Positions 1 through 12,741 are shown, numbered from the stretch's first letter. The stretch: 64,000 nt of DNA from Neoconidiobolus thromboides FSU 785 (GCA_025603075.1 MU626319.1:45365-109364); one strand, 5' to 3'. Made by a program: numbers and translations. The notes: generated from the letters alone by a model not told the origin.

Positions 1-1710
1 AAATTATCAATTATTGAATTATTTAGTATAGATGGAGTTATACTATTATTAATTAAATAAATTTGTTTAATTTTCCCATATTTACTTGTAATTTGTAGGG
101 TCTATTATTTGATGGTATTAGTAATATTTTTATAGAACATATCATTAGCTTACCAATTCATAATCATTATTGTTATACTCAAAATTAAATTGATGATCTA
201 ATTTAAATTCTGGTGTTTGTCCGTAGATCCAATCCCAAGACTATAGAAGTTGATAATAAAATGTATTAATATTTTATATTGAAATTCTTTGAATATTAAA
301 ACCTCTTACTTTCAACTTATCTGCATAACTTAAAATTGATGGATTTTTATTTAAAAAGCTCCTATCAATTAGAATTGGCTATGTTATTTTAAAATAAATA
401 TATTGGAAATAAAATAAAATAAATAATAATTAAAACTCTTACTTCACACTTTTCCCCATTATTATATTTTATATTAAATTGATTTATAATAGCTTTACAA
501 AATAGTGAATGATTCAAATCTTTTTTGTAATTAATCAAATTGGTCACTTTAGATCTTACTGAATCTACGCCTTTACTTTCAATAGTTAAATTATTCTATA
601 AACAAATAAAGAGAACAAATATTAATTAATTTAATTATTATTTTAAACAAAAGTATGTAAAATCAAGTGTTGCAATTGATATAAAAAATACTTACTTTTA
701 ATACCTTGGATAAACTATTTAAATTGGTATCAATTAACATAGTCCCATGATGATAAGCCCAACAACCTGATATTTTATAAGCAGAACCAGAGATGTAATA
801 ATATCAATAATAATAAGGATTCAAGTTAAGTCTTTATAATTTTATAAATTTCGATTTCATTGTATTAATCATTTAAAATTTTCAATACTAATAAATTGGG
901 TTTTGAATTTATAGAAATAAAAAAAGGATATCTTTAAGTCATCAATTGTTAAGTCTTTTCTTTCATTAACTTTGACAGGTAAATTGATTTGATTTAATGC
1001 TTGTTTCACCAAAGTTACATTTATTATTCGTTCAAATTTTTCACGTTCCATTAATACAAAATAATTACTGTTACCTAAATCCTATAGTGTTTGATTAATA
1101 TATTTTATTATTTTTATTTATTTTTTATTTATTTGATCATTTATTTTTTAAATTTAATTAAAAAATTTCTAATAACTTACATGATAAACCGTACCGCCAC
1201 CACTTTGTCTTCTTACTAATTTTATATCTTGTTTTTTTAATTCGAATAAATTGCTTTCTTTCCAAGGGTTCTATTTTATTTTGTTTCATTTTATTTTAAT
1301 GTGTTAGATAAATAAAAACTTACTTGACTTCTACCAATTACTACACATGCTTCATTTTGATATAAATACAACACTCCTCGATGATTAGGTGGAGTTTTTT
1401 TTATTATCCTTTTATAAAATTTAATATGCAAATTTACTATATTATATTATTTATTTTAATTATTACCATTCTTCAACAGCTATATTAAGATATGGATCTG
1501 TTAATGAAGATAAATAAATACTAACCTAATAAATTATATTTAGTTAACAATTGTTTTAAAATGAGAATCCTTGAATATTTGATTTACTTTATTTTTATCT
1601 TTTGAATCTATTTCATTGGATTTAATACTTGAATAAAATTTCTTTGTAATACTAAGTTGATTCAATAATTTTAAACTATTGATATTATTGATACGTTTTA
1701 TTGTCATCAT
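1..1710 (-). CDS. AIM22: Mitochondrial lipoate-protein ligase A / lipoyltransferase (Lip3/Aim22-like), multi-exon, 3' end runs off the window
   Basis: Manual splicing gives MMTIKRINN.. (presequence-like), [77 protein letters not shown] and [11 protein letters not shown], which are LplA-family motifs. Confidence 0.92.
795..931 (-). other. AT-AC (U12-type, minor spliceosome) intron, 137 nt, phase 0
   Basis: The minus strand reads GACTTAAAG|ATATCCTTTTT...GACTTAAC..ATCCTTAT..TATTAC|ATCTCTGGTTCT. Removing it restores the conserved KISGSAYK, and no GT-AG solution was found. Confidence 0.88.
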
Positions 1711-1876
1711 TTTATCTATTTTGTTTATTCTATTTAAAATTTTGTGAATTTATAAAGTTAAAAAAAGAAAGAATCAAAAAAAGTTAAAATAGCAACTTCC
1801 AATTTTAATAAAAATATCAAAAACACAAAAATGATCTCATTTTCATTTCCTTATAACTTAACCAATAATTTATGAA

Positions 1877-4497
1877 TCAACTATATATATAATTAGTGTT
1901 AATACATTTATCACTTTTAAAATAATATAAATTGTATCTTACCTCCAATTTTTTCATTAGTTTATTTATTTCTTTTATATTATCCCTTTTGTTTTCCTTC
2001 ATTATATTCATATTAATTAATTGAAATTGAATATTTAATAGTATGTTTTTAATAAATTCAACATTACTATTAAAAGTTAACGGGTTATTGATTGGATTAA
2101 TATTATTTAAATAATCTATTGAAATTTCTTCATAAATATCTAATAATTCAGTATTAATTTCATTTTCATTTTCTTTATCTTTGTCTTTATCTTGACTCTT
2201 ATGTTTAATATTATTATATTGTCGTCGTTGATTCAAATTACTATTTTGATTTTTAAAATCATGATAATTATTGATATCATTTCCATCTTCAAATTTTGTA
2301 ACTGATAAATTTAGAAAACATAAATTAGAATTCATACTTTCATAATCGTTTATAATAACATCATTCTTCCTACTCCTGTCTTTCTCATTTTCACACTCAC
2401 TTCCCTTACTAATTAATAGATTCAATAAATTTGGGTCTTTATTTGAATTGTTAATTTCAGTATTATTATTATTATTATAATTTATTTTAATATGATTTTT
2501 ATTAATATATTCATATTCATCTTTGGATTTTGGTATTGGTAATTTTAATAATTTAACTTTATTTTTAATATGATTTTTATTATTACTTTTAAAACTACTG
2601 GTATTATCACTGTTTTTGATACTACTATTACTATTATTAATATTATTAACACTGTTATTACTACTGTCTTTTATATTACTCTTATTATTACCCTCATTTT
2701 TTAAACTGCTTCTACTATTACTCTTCCCACTTCCACTCCCCTCTCTCACATTGCCTTCTTCTTTCCCATTATTTTCAATTACATTCTTAAATTTATTAAA
2801 CTTATCTAATATTAATTGATGTTTTAATAAATCATATTGATCTAAATTAATAATTGAATTTAAATTAATTTTATTCAATAATTCGATTAATTTTTTATAT
2901 TTATTAATCTTTAATTCATCTTTTAAATCTTGATTTGATATATTCATTTTTTCTAATTGAGTTATAATCTTTTGATAGTGTAATTTACGTTGGTCTGATT
3001 GTAACTCAAAGGTAGGAGCATTATTATTAGGTATGGTGAAGGCTTCCTTCTTTTTTTCTTCTTTGATGTTATTAATGGGAATTGTCTCTTGAAAATCATG
3101 AATATACTTTTCATTGATTTGGCTATTAAATACTAAGTTCTCACTTTCTCTTCTATTATTATCAATATTCATATTTATATTCTCCTTTTCACTATTTTGA
3201 TTTGATTTTTGCTTCATATTCTGTTTTTTATTGATTTTATTAACGGATATCAATTTTTCTTTCTGTTGAGTGTTATAATTCATCTTTGAACTCTCCTCTC
3301 TATCATTTAAATTCCTATTATCATGGTTACTGTTATTATTAATTTCATTAATTAAAATTGAGTTCTTTTTTTGTTTAATATCAACGTTAATATTATTGAT
3401 ATTCTCTTTTTGAATATTTGGATTTCCTTTTCGATAAGAATTAGAATTTTTATTCAATTCATTAAATAACTGTAACTTTTTTTTTTCTTTGTTATTATTG
3501 ATACCAGTTGTCATAGCCTTAACTCCAGTACTAATTTCATCTAAAAAATAGTTTATTTTAAAAAAAAATTAAACATAATATTTAGAATATATTTACTTTG
3601 AATTAACTTATTAAATCTATTATCAGTATCCTCTTTTCTAATTACTCCAACTTTATTAACATCAAATTTATCTCTATTTAATATACTATTTAATGTTAAA
3701 TCTAAATTATATTAATATCATTATATTATATATGTTATATCAAATTTACTACCTTTAAACTCTTCCTCTTTAATCAGTTTGTCTTTAGGTTTAATTACCT
3801 TATTTAAATTATCATTATACTTATATTGTTTGTTATAGAGTTCAGATAATAATTGAGTATCTAAAATAGAATTGGAATTGAAATTAGATAAATGATTATT
3901 ACTTAATTTCTTCGAATTAGGACTACCATTGCTAATATTAGCAGGTTCTTTATTACTGCTACTCCTTATACTATTACTATTAACAATATGCTCTCTACTA
4001 TTCCTCCTTGTACTACCATGATCAATTCTGTGCTTTATATTATTGTTCCTCAAGCCGTTCTGATTGATAATATGCTCTTTACTATTCCTTCTTGTATCAA
4101 TATTGAAGTATTTATTTTTATTAAATTGATTAATATTTAATTGAGTTAATAATTGAGTATCAAATAAATTTTCTGAATTTAAACTGGATAAATAAATGGA
4201 ATTTTGTTGCTTTGAATTCCGCTTATTAGTAATATACTCGTTATTATTAACACTATCATCATTTATATTATTATTACTGTTCTTTATATCCTTAATATTG
4301 TTCTTTATATCATTTATCTTCTTATTAATGTTTATACAAACATCATTGCCCTTATTCTCCTGTTTTTCATGGATTACTAAACTAGGATTGTTACTATTAT
4401 TATTAAATAATAGATTTAAATTTAGATCATTAATTAAAAAAGAATCATATTCATAATTGATTGTAGTTGGATTTGTAGTATATCTTTCATTTTTCAT
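1877..4497 (-). CDS. Large Asn/Lys-rich low-complexity protein of unknown function (2-4 exons, junctions uncertain)
   Basis: Two long same-strand ORFs (258 and 545 aa) are separated by ~200 nt containing splice-like signals. No recognisable domain; the C-terminus looks helical. Confidence 0.65.
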
Positions 4498-4649
4498 TTT
4501 AAAATCAATAAAATCAAATGAAGGAATTTATTAGCCTGGATTTCATAATCCATTTTTCAAATTACTCACAATTTATTCATTCTTTTATAAATGCATTATA
4601 ATTTTCCTTTTTTAAGTTATTGTCCGTTTTTAATAAAAAGTTGAAATAT

Positions 4650-4748
4650 AGGAATGTACTTTTGTATTTAAGAATTTTACTAACAATTTTTCCACTTAAA
4701 TAGCCACTTAAAAGATAGAAAAAGTGATGAAGTCAAAAAAACATCCTC
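4650..4748 (+). mobile_element. MITE family 1, copy A (~99 bp)
   Basis: Matches consensus GGGGATGTATTTTTGTGTTTAAGAATTTTACTAACAAATTTTCCGCTTAAATAGCGCTTAAAAGATGGAAAAAGTAATGAAGCCAAAAAAAACATCCCC; ATAT on both flanks. Confidence 0.85.
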
Positions 4749-4864
4749 ATATATTAAAAAACATAATAGAAACTAGAATATAAAAATAAAATATAATAAT
4801 AAGTAAAATAAGATATAGTAAAAAATAAAATAAAACAAAATAAAATAAAATAACATTTATTACT

Positions 4865-6220
4865 TTAATAAATTCCAGGTAAAATCCTATATGGAACTAA
4901 TTGTCGATATTTTAACCAAGTTTTACCATATTTTTTACTACATTCATAATCATCTCTTGAATCTCTATGAATTAATAAAATAGCAAAATATCCAGCAAAG
5001 AAGTAGGGAATAATACTACCAAATCCGGTAGCTAAACATTGAGAAAGGGATAATAACCAATCACCTAAATAATTAATATGAGAAGCAATACCCCACCAAC
5101 CATCAACTAATAATTTTCGTCCAGTATCTGATTCGATATAATTTAAATGAGCTACTTTTGGATCTTTATGATTTTTTTTGAAGATATTCTTTTCATTATT
5201 TGCTAATCTGAAAATGGAATAACCCATACAAGAAGTCACTGCTATCAATGCTACACTAAAATAAGACATTTCTATTGGGTGAATCGAGAGATAACGAGTT
5301 TGTATGGAATAAAAAAAAGGAACCCAAGATATATCTCCAAAACATAACATAAACCCAAAGCCATCAGTAGTTATATCCATAGTAGTCAAGACTGCTTCTT
5401 CATTATATAAAGAATCAGCTACATAAAAATATTGACAAATAGTAACAAAAAGAATTGAATATGTGTAAGTGTTATTCGTATCTATTTGTTTTAATAAAAA
5501 ACAAAAATTCAATAAGGACCATCCCATTAATCCAGGTCTCAATTCAAAAAATTGTTTTAAATCTAAATTACCAATACTTGGATTTAACTCTCTACCCATA
5601 AAAAAATCATGAATTAAGCTATCTGTATTACCACTTAATGATAATAATTTGTTATCTTCTCCGATAAATGAATTAATATATAACAAAGTTGACATTACAA
5701 ATGTAAATATTAAACTACTTAATAATAATTCAAAACAGATATCCACAACAAACAAAAATGGAAAAGACCCATACATTTTATAGGTTATTAAAACAATTAA
5801 ATTAGTAATAATAAAGCCTAAAAACCCATTCATTTTATACTTTTGATATTCTCCTGTACGTAATTGAATACCATTGACCCATTTACCAGGTAAAATATAC
5901 CAACAAACTAAATGATATGATAGCCATAATAAATAATACTTCATACCACGTAAAGTTATAAATTCAGTTATATTATTTAATTCAAACGTTACAGAATTGA
6001 TATTAAAAATACTACAACCAAATTCGGAGTTACATGTTATATATTGATAGACTAAAAACAATGGGGAGATAATTGTAATGATTCCAGTACCTAAAGGACC
6101 AAAAAATTCATAACGATGAGATTTGGGGTTTAAAAGAGTATTCCTTTTCTTTAAAGGTTTTGTTGTCATTTTATTACTTTTTTGATTATTAAAAGGAGTT
6201 GTTTGCTTTTTTATATACAC
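4865..6220 (-). CDS. ERG24: Delta14-sterol reductase (ERG4/ERG24 family), intronless
   Basis: 451-aa multi-TM ORF with YEFFGPLG, FFMGRELNP, ELRPGLMGW, DITTDGFGFML, LLVDGWWG..HINYLGDW and LLIHRDSRDD..C..KYG..W..Y. Confidence 0.93.
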   Translation of the reverse strand: MYIKKQTTPFNNQKSNKMTTKPLKKRNTLLNPKSHRYEFFGPLGTGIITIISPLFLVYQYITCNSEFGCSIFNINSVTFELNNITEFITLRGMKYYLLWLSYHLVCWYILPGKWVNGIQLRTGEYQKYKMNGFLGFIITNLIVLITYKMYGSFPFLFVVDICFELLLSSLIFTFVMSTLLYINSFIGEDNKLLSLSGNTDSLIHDFFMGRELNPSIGNLDLKQFFELRPGLMGWSLLNFCFLLKQIDTNNTYTYSILFVTICQYFYVADSLYNEEAVLTTMDITTDGFGFMLCFGDISWVPFFYSIQTRYLSIHPIEMSYFSVALIAVTSCMGYSIFRLANNEKNIFKKNHKDPKVAHLNYIESDTGRKLLVDGWWGIASHINYLGDWLLSLSQCLATGFGSIIPYFFAGYFAILLIHRDSRDDYECSKKYGKTWLKYRQLVPYRILPGIY

Positions 6221-6566
6221 ATGGTTAGAATATCGTTCGATTTATAGATCTATTTTTACTAGTATATTTAAAGTTCAAATTTTATTGGTTGAACTCAAAA
6301 ATATAATTGGATTTAGTCTAGTGAATGAATTTGTTTTTTAATTATGAATTTGATTGAAAATTCTTTTGAAGTTCTATTCCATAAAATTGAACAAGAAATT
6401 AAAATAAAAAGATCTCCTTCTACCTTTTTCAAATATGGTAGGTTTAAACAAGTAATCTAAGTTCTAATATTCTTATCAATATAAATTAATAAGATAAACT
6501 ACTTTCTATTAATTGTTTGTTCAATTTATAATTAAATGGAATATTTATCATAAAAATAGTTAATAT

Positions 6567-6658
6567 GGGAGTGTTTTTTCTAACTTTATTTTTTCCATTT
6601 TTAAGCACTATTTAAGCGGAAAATTTGCTAGTAAAATTCAACACAAAAATACGTCCCC
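6567..6658 (-). mobile_element. MITE family 1, copy B
   Basis: Reverse-oriented copy with small internal deletions; ATAT on both flanks. Confidence 0.85.
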
Positions 6659-6889
6659 ATATACTAAACTATTACCCGATATTTAATAAAATTCAATGCT
6701 CGTTCTAAAAACTTAATAGTTGAGTAAATCAATTCCACCCTTAGTAATATAATTATTTCATAATAAATTTGTTTTTATAGCATTATTAAAAAAGAATGGT
6801 ATCAAAATGTTAAATTAGTTATTAAATTTGCAAAGGAAATATTAAGATATTGCTTATTATACAATATAATATACTCAAACTCAATATAT

Positions 6890-6986
6890 GGGGATGTATT
6901 TTTGTGTTTAAGAATTTTACTAACAAATTTTTCGCTAATAGCGCTTAAAAGATGGAAAAAGTGACGAAGCCAAAAAAAATACCCCC
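6890..6986 (+). mobile_element. MITE family 1, copy C
   Basis: Near-consensus copy; ATAT flanks. Confidence 0.88.
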
Positions 6987-7572
6987 ATATGTTTTGTGCC
7001 TAATAATTCTATTTTAAACTCATGGTTTTCCTATATGGAAGCTATCATCTTCTTTTATGTAACTTATTGAACAATAGTTTAACTATTGAATGATTAGTTC
7101 CTTTAAAATATTAATTTTATATCATATTAAATTCCAATTACTGTCTTTTAATTTAACTTGAAGTGATAAAAATAGAAATAAAATGGTTCGTTTTATAGCA
7201 TTAAATTTCTTTTACCATATTATTCTTATTCTTTCCCTCCCTATCCTATTTCAAAACATTATCTTCATTTATATTACTTTCCTTATTAATTTCATCCTAC
7301 ACTTTAAATTTATCGAATTCTCTATACTCCTTTCAACTCAGTTTTAGTATTGATATTCAAATGTAAGATTTGATTTAGAATTGATTTAGAGTTTAAAAAA
7401 ATGAATACTATCTTACTATAAAAGAAAGTGTGTTTAAGTTACTAATATTATAGAATAGTCTTTTGCTATCTTAAATAACTAAATTTAAAGTAAATTGACC
7501 GATTTCTTATTTTTCTATTGAAAGATGGGACTGCTTTTTTCATTTCATTTTGTTAATTTTCTTTCACTATTT

Positions 7573-7670
7573 GGGAGTGTTTTTTTTAGCTTCATTACTT
7601 TTTCCACCTTTAAACACTATTTGAGCGGAAAAATTCTTAGTAAAATCCTTAAATGTAAAAAAACATCTAC
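7573..7670 (-). mobile_element. MITE family 1, copy D (degenerate end)
   Basis: Reverse copy GGGAGTGT...ACATCTAC; flanks ATTT/GTTT. Confidence 0.8.
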
Positions 7671-7785
7671 GTTTATTACTTTTTACTTAACAGAGGAGAT
7701 TAAAATGTATATATAAAAATCCAACAAAAAGCTTTAATAATGAGATAGATGAGTTTTTCATTAATTTGTTTTATAGTCATTATAT

Positions 7786-7884
7786 GGGGATGTATTTTTG
7801 TATTTAAGAATTTTACTAATAATTTTTCCACTCAAATAGCGCTTAAAAGATGGAAAAAGTAATGAAGCCAAAAAAAACACTCCC
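7786..7884 (+). mobile_element. MITE family 1, copy E
   Basis: Near-consensus copy; ATAT flanks. Confidence 0.88.
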
Positions 7885-9624
7885 ATATATAAACATATAA
7901 CTTAATGAAGTATTATATTTTAAGATATAAAAAATAAATATAATTTACCAAAGATTTATATTAAAAATACTAATAGCATTATAACATGTAAAAGATAGTT
8001 ATATATATTTTCTACATTGTTTTGTTTTGTAGCTCATAAATAACATAAAGCTTAATCTGAACATCACTTAAATTATTCATTATTGAACTATAGTCAAAAC
8101 TTTAAAAAATGGTACACTGGGACAATTTTTTGTTATAACCCAAACGCAAAACTACAAATAAAAGTTTCTATTAGTAATAATTTTTTTTAATTTTATTTTA
8201 TAAATGAATGGTTTGATTAATATAAAGTTCTGAAAAAATCATATATAGGATGTACACAGTGGATTTTTGTAAAACAAATATAGTTATCTTTTATTTAAGT
8301 TCTTTATACAAGTTTTTTAAACTAGTCTTTAAAATAAAGTTAAAGCTGTAGCTAAAATTGCAAAATTTAAATGAATAATACAATACTGCTGAATTTTTAA
8401 ATCAAGCATTGAAGGTTTACTGATCTTTTTCATTAGGCATTTGATGAATGAATGCAGTAATACCAATAAAATATTGAAATCGAACCGAGTAAATGAATGG
8501 TAATAAATATTAAAAATAGTCTAAATTTCAACTAAGAGTTTTATTATAAAAAGACATATATAAAAATATTCGAGTATTGATATTAATATTTTAGTTGTAT
8601 TTAAATTAAAATATTAAATATTGCTATAAAAAACATAAAGTACTTTACTAACTCCACAGCCTCTTTCAATTCATCTTTATTCTCCTTTTATAAATAAGAA
8701 ACTAAAGACTATCAATTTTTTAATATTAAAAAAGATATATAATTTTAGAAGCAAATGTTGATATGCTGTAAAACAATGTCAATAAAGCATGTTATAGTTT
8801 TTCTAAAAACTACTTTTAATGTAACAAAGAATTATAATAATACAAAATTTATAAAATTGTTAAATTTAATATTATATTGATTCAGATTTAATATGTCTTT
8901 AATAGCTCTTTTTTTGGTAACTATCTATAGGTATTATTTAAAATAAATAAATGAATGAAATTTGAACAATAACACCAGGTTGTTTCTAACAAACAAAACA
9001 AGCATTAATGCGAGGCTTCATACGAGCACTAAAAATTACTATATTTAACATTCATTATTTAATTCTAGATGATAAGAATGTTACTTATAACCAAGAATTT
9101 AAATAAAATTTAGCATGACGTTGCAGCTTGTTCAAGTTTGCATGTGTAATGGCTAGTGATAATTTCTATAACTAATAATTCAAAACATTCCTAGTTTACA
9201 TACTAATACTTAGATTTCTATTTAAGAACAAATAACTAGTCAGCGCACATTTGAACTTAAATAACTATATAAAATAAAAAACACTTTAAAGATACTAAAC
9301 ATTCATTTATTTTACACATAAAATAAATGAAATATCTTTTATGATATTACACGGCTGTTTTTGTTTAATATGTACTTAATTTATTGTTTTCAGGCTTTCT
9401 AAATATTGAATTAATTATAATAAATATTTAATAAACATCAAAAGGTAAATTTACTAATTCAACCATCATGCATCATCTAATTCTAAATAAGAAATAAACC
9501 AGTTTTTTATGCCCTATTATTCATATTGTTTTAAAAATAGAATATTATAAGAATAAATAAAAATAATGATTTAAAATTATATAAATTAATTCAATTTTTT
9601 ATCGTTTACACACTTTGATTAAAA

Positions 9625-9771
9625 ATGAAACTGAGTTTAGCCCTTATTTACATTACTGCTTTAGTATCTTCTCAATCCACTGCTCCTTGTGTTACTAAGA
9701 CTATAACCAATGCTAGGACTTCAACTGTAACTGTCACTACTGTTTATGTTCCTCCATGCACTCCATGGTAA
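9625..9771 (+). CDS. 48-aa putative secreted Thr-rich microprotein with two Cys
   Basis: The ORF is below the track cutoff: MKLSLALIYITALVSSQSTAPCVTKTITNARTSTVTVTTVYVPPCTPW. It has a signal-peptide-like N-terminus and shares a motif with the neighbouring gene. The end overlaps a possible GTAAAT donor, so a further exon is not excluded. Confidence 0.7.
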   Translation: MKLSLALIYITALVSSQSTAPCVTKTITNARTSTVTVTTVYVPPCTPW

Positions 9772-9963
9772 ATTTATTCATAAAACCTGAATTAAAGTAT
9801 AAAGCTTAATAAAGTTGAATTACTTCAGTTTAAATTTTATTTATTTAAATATTTAATAGTAGATACTTTAATTTCATAATATTATAAATTTAAGAAACCT
9901 GATTTTAAAAGCAGTTAATAAGACTATTATAATAAAAATTTAGTTTATTTACTACAAATAAAG

Positions 9964-10305
9964 CTATTTTGATGTGGTTTTAGCTGGGCATGATGGAGTA
10001 GCAGTCAACGTAACAGTTTTAGTTATAACTACATCTTTTTCTAGCGTCGCAGTGGTATGACGACAATATGGGAGACATGATGGTGTGGCAGTTAAAGTAA
10101 TAGTATCAGTAACAATTACATCCTTTTCTAATGTTACAGTAGTATGATGGCAGTATGGTAAACATGACGGGGTGGCAGTTAACGTAACAGTTTTGGTTAT
10201 GATCACATCCTTTCCTACTGTAATAGTAGGACAAGTACTACTATTGCTTATTGAAGAAACAAGGGCACTGAATAAAGAAACTAAAGTGAATCTGAGTAAT
10301 TGCAT
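9964..10305 (-). CDS. 113-aa secreted Thr-rich protein with three Cys-bracketed ~29-aa repeats
   Basis: Signal peptide followed by three units of C-x-x-T..T(L/V)(E/G)KDV..T.T(V/I)TLTATPSC(LPY). Confidence 0.8.
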   Translation of the reverse strand: MQLLRFTLVSLFSALVSSISNSSTCPTITVGKDVIITKTVTLTATPSCLPYCHHTTVTLEKDVIVTDTITLTATPSCLPYCRHTTATLEKDVVITKTVTLTATPSCPAKTTSK

Positions 10306-11329
10306 TGGAGTTAAAAGTAAAATAGAAATAATTCAAATATTATTTAAATAGTATTAGAATATTCTAAATGATTGAGTTTTTATTTTTAGAACCTAATTAT
10401 TGCTTATATCATAAGATACAAAATTTATGGATGAATTTATTTTGATATTTTGATTGCATTTATACAAAATTCTATCTCAAAGTTATGCTAACTTTTCGAA
10501 AAGTAATTGTCACAAAATTCTATTTTTAGATAATAATTTACTATTGATAAAAGAACGATCTTTTTTATTTTATTTAAAAGACTTTTATTGAATAAAATTA
10601 AAAAAAGTAGTTTGTTTAGAATTCTAGGTAATTAAGTTGTCATTTGTTTTATATATCAAATAGATCAAATAGATCAATTTTATATATACTATGACGATTA
10701 CCTTTAAAGATTATATTTATGATGTCTCTTTTAGTTTTACAACATTAAATTTAAAATAATTTGAGATGTATAATTTAGTTTCCCTGAAAAACGTTTATTA
10801 AATTGAATATCTTATATAGTCTGTTAAGGCAATATTTGAATGTACGAAGTTTCATAACTAACTTGTATGCTATTATTATGTATAGTGTTACTTTTCAGAA
10901 AATAATAGTAAGTATTTATTATCTAACATCCTAATATATTTTTGAATTTATTTTTAAATGGTTTGTATTGTTTTCTATAACAATTATCTCAAAAAACATA
11001 GTCTGTATAAATATTTACAACTAAGTACATACAAAATTAATCAATGATATTTAAACATTAGCTTTAGTATTTTAATGACTATTATAAATAATTATCATTT
11101 GATTTAATTAATTTTTATCTATTTTTATGTCAATCAATAAATAAGGATTGAAGTTTATTAGTCTTACTTTTATCATATATTAAAATTTGAAATATTTTTA
11201 TATAAATATACTATATTATTATTTTGTGTAAAAGTATGTTAAAATTATTTACATTTATCATTTAATACTAGTGTTTGTTCATTATTTAAATTTTGAGCTG
11301 TTTTAAGATTACAATATCTGTGTCAATTT

Positions 11330-11820
11330 ATTAGCCTTCATAAAAGATTAAATATAGTGTGAAATATCGCTTTGCCAGTCCCGTGGTTAATTATAGTATA
11401 ACAATTGCCTAAGCTGTTGTGTTCTTGAGTTCAGAGAAAATCAATCTCACGTTCTTAGTTTGATTTGATATGAGAATTTCTATCTTCGTCTCAAAGAACA
11501 TTCTCCCCTCATTTTGATATTTATACTTATCGGAGTATAAAAGAGATTCTAAAACATAATAGCTCGAGGCTTTTTAACTGAATTATTCCCTGATATCTCG
11601 TACATTTAATAAACCTACTAAGTTTTCTTGATATTATTTTATCTAAATTTTACAGTAATATTGTCTATTCTATTTGCTTTACATAATCTGTAGCATATTA
11701 TTTGCTATTCCTCATAATCCAAATCTATCTTGATCAAATAAACTAAGACCTTTCGACTTATAGTGTGGTCAACCCACCAATAGCTGTTTTTGACTTCAAT
11801 CACTGAGTACCAGATTTCAC
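11330..11820 (-). pseudogene. Decayed coding fossil of unknown origin (possibly transposon-derived)
   Basis: GC-richer island; minus-strand frames read like protein (e.g. QEHNSLGNCYTIINHGTGKAIFHTIF) but are broken by many TAA/TAG/TGA codons. Confidence 0.35.
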
Positions 11821-11827
11821 ACCATAT

Positions 11828-11926
11828 GGGGATGTATTTTTTTGTTTAAAAATTTTACTAACAATTTTTCCACTCAAATAGTGCTTAAAAGATGGAAAAA
11901 ATAATGAAGCCAAAAAAAACATCCCC
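11828..11926 (+). mobile_element. MITE family 1, copy F
   Basis: Intact GGGGATGT/ACATCCCC termini; ATAT flanks. Confidence 0.9.
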
Positions 11927-12741
11927 ATATAATAATTTTGATATGCTTACTTTTAATTTTTATTTGTATTAAATGCAAAACTTCTATGTTCATCAAATAA
12001 TATACTGGAACTATAATCAATAATAATACTATTTATTGATTTTTATTTCCTATTTCTTTTAAGATATCAACTTTACATATTGCTTACTTAAAATTATTAT
12101 TAATAGTAAACTTTAACACTTTCTCTTTTTTATTTTTATTTTAATAAAAAATAAAGTTAAGCAACTATGTATTTATATGTTGTATGCTTATTAAATATTT
12201 GATAGAAATAATATAAAATACATAATCAAAAGAATTAATTAAGAAAATAAAATAATTAAAATAAATCTCTTAAATACAAAAATTTAACTAATCACATGCT
12301 AAAAATTTATAAATTTAAAAACAAACTTAGATTAATTTTTAAGTAAATTCTAAAATCAATTTAGACATCCACATATATTAGCTTTAAATGCTAAAATTTA
12401 AAACATATTTCTTAGTACTACTTATAGTAATTATGACTACAAGATAAAATCATTTTTCACAACTTATTTTAATTTTAAATAGTAGCTTAAACGATCAAAT
12501 AATGTGGGTATAATATATTATATTGCAACTCTTATTTTTTTAAATTTACCAAAATAAACAGAATCTATTTGCTTATTTAATCATTTCCCCTTTCTATCTA
12601 TTTAATTGGATTAAACAGAAATAAAGTGAACTTTTAAGGAAGTTAATTGATGAAAATTTGGTTTCTAACAAATCAAAAAAATAAAGAATCAAGGTATCAT
12701 ACATATCCTTATATTTATTCTTCAAAAAGTAAACAATAACT

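Noticed and set aside
2616-4456. Plus-strand Leu-rich ORFs (2616-2819, 4196-4456) and similar short antisense ORFs elsewhere
   Set aside because: They are shadow frames of Asn/Lys-rich or repeat-rich genes on the opposite strand (same for 46288-46560, 47109-47378, 59530-59742, 61253-61558 and 63780-63995).
7525-7716. 63-aa ORF
   Set aside because: It is mostly MITE copy D sequence.
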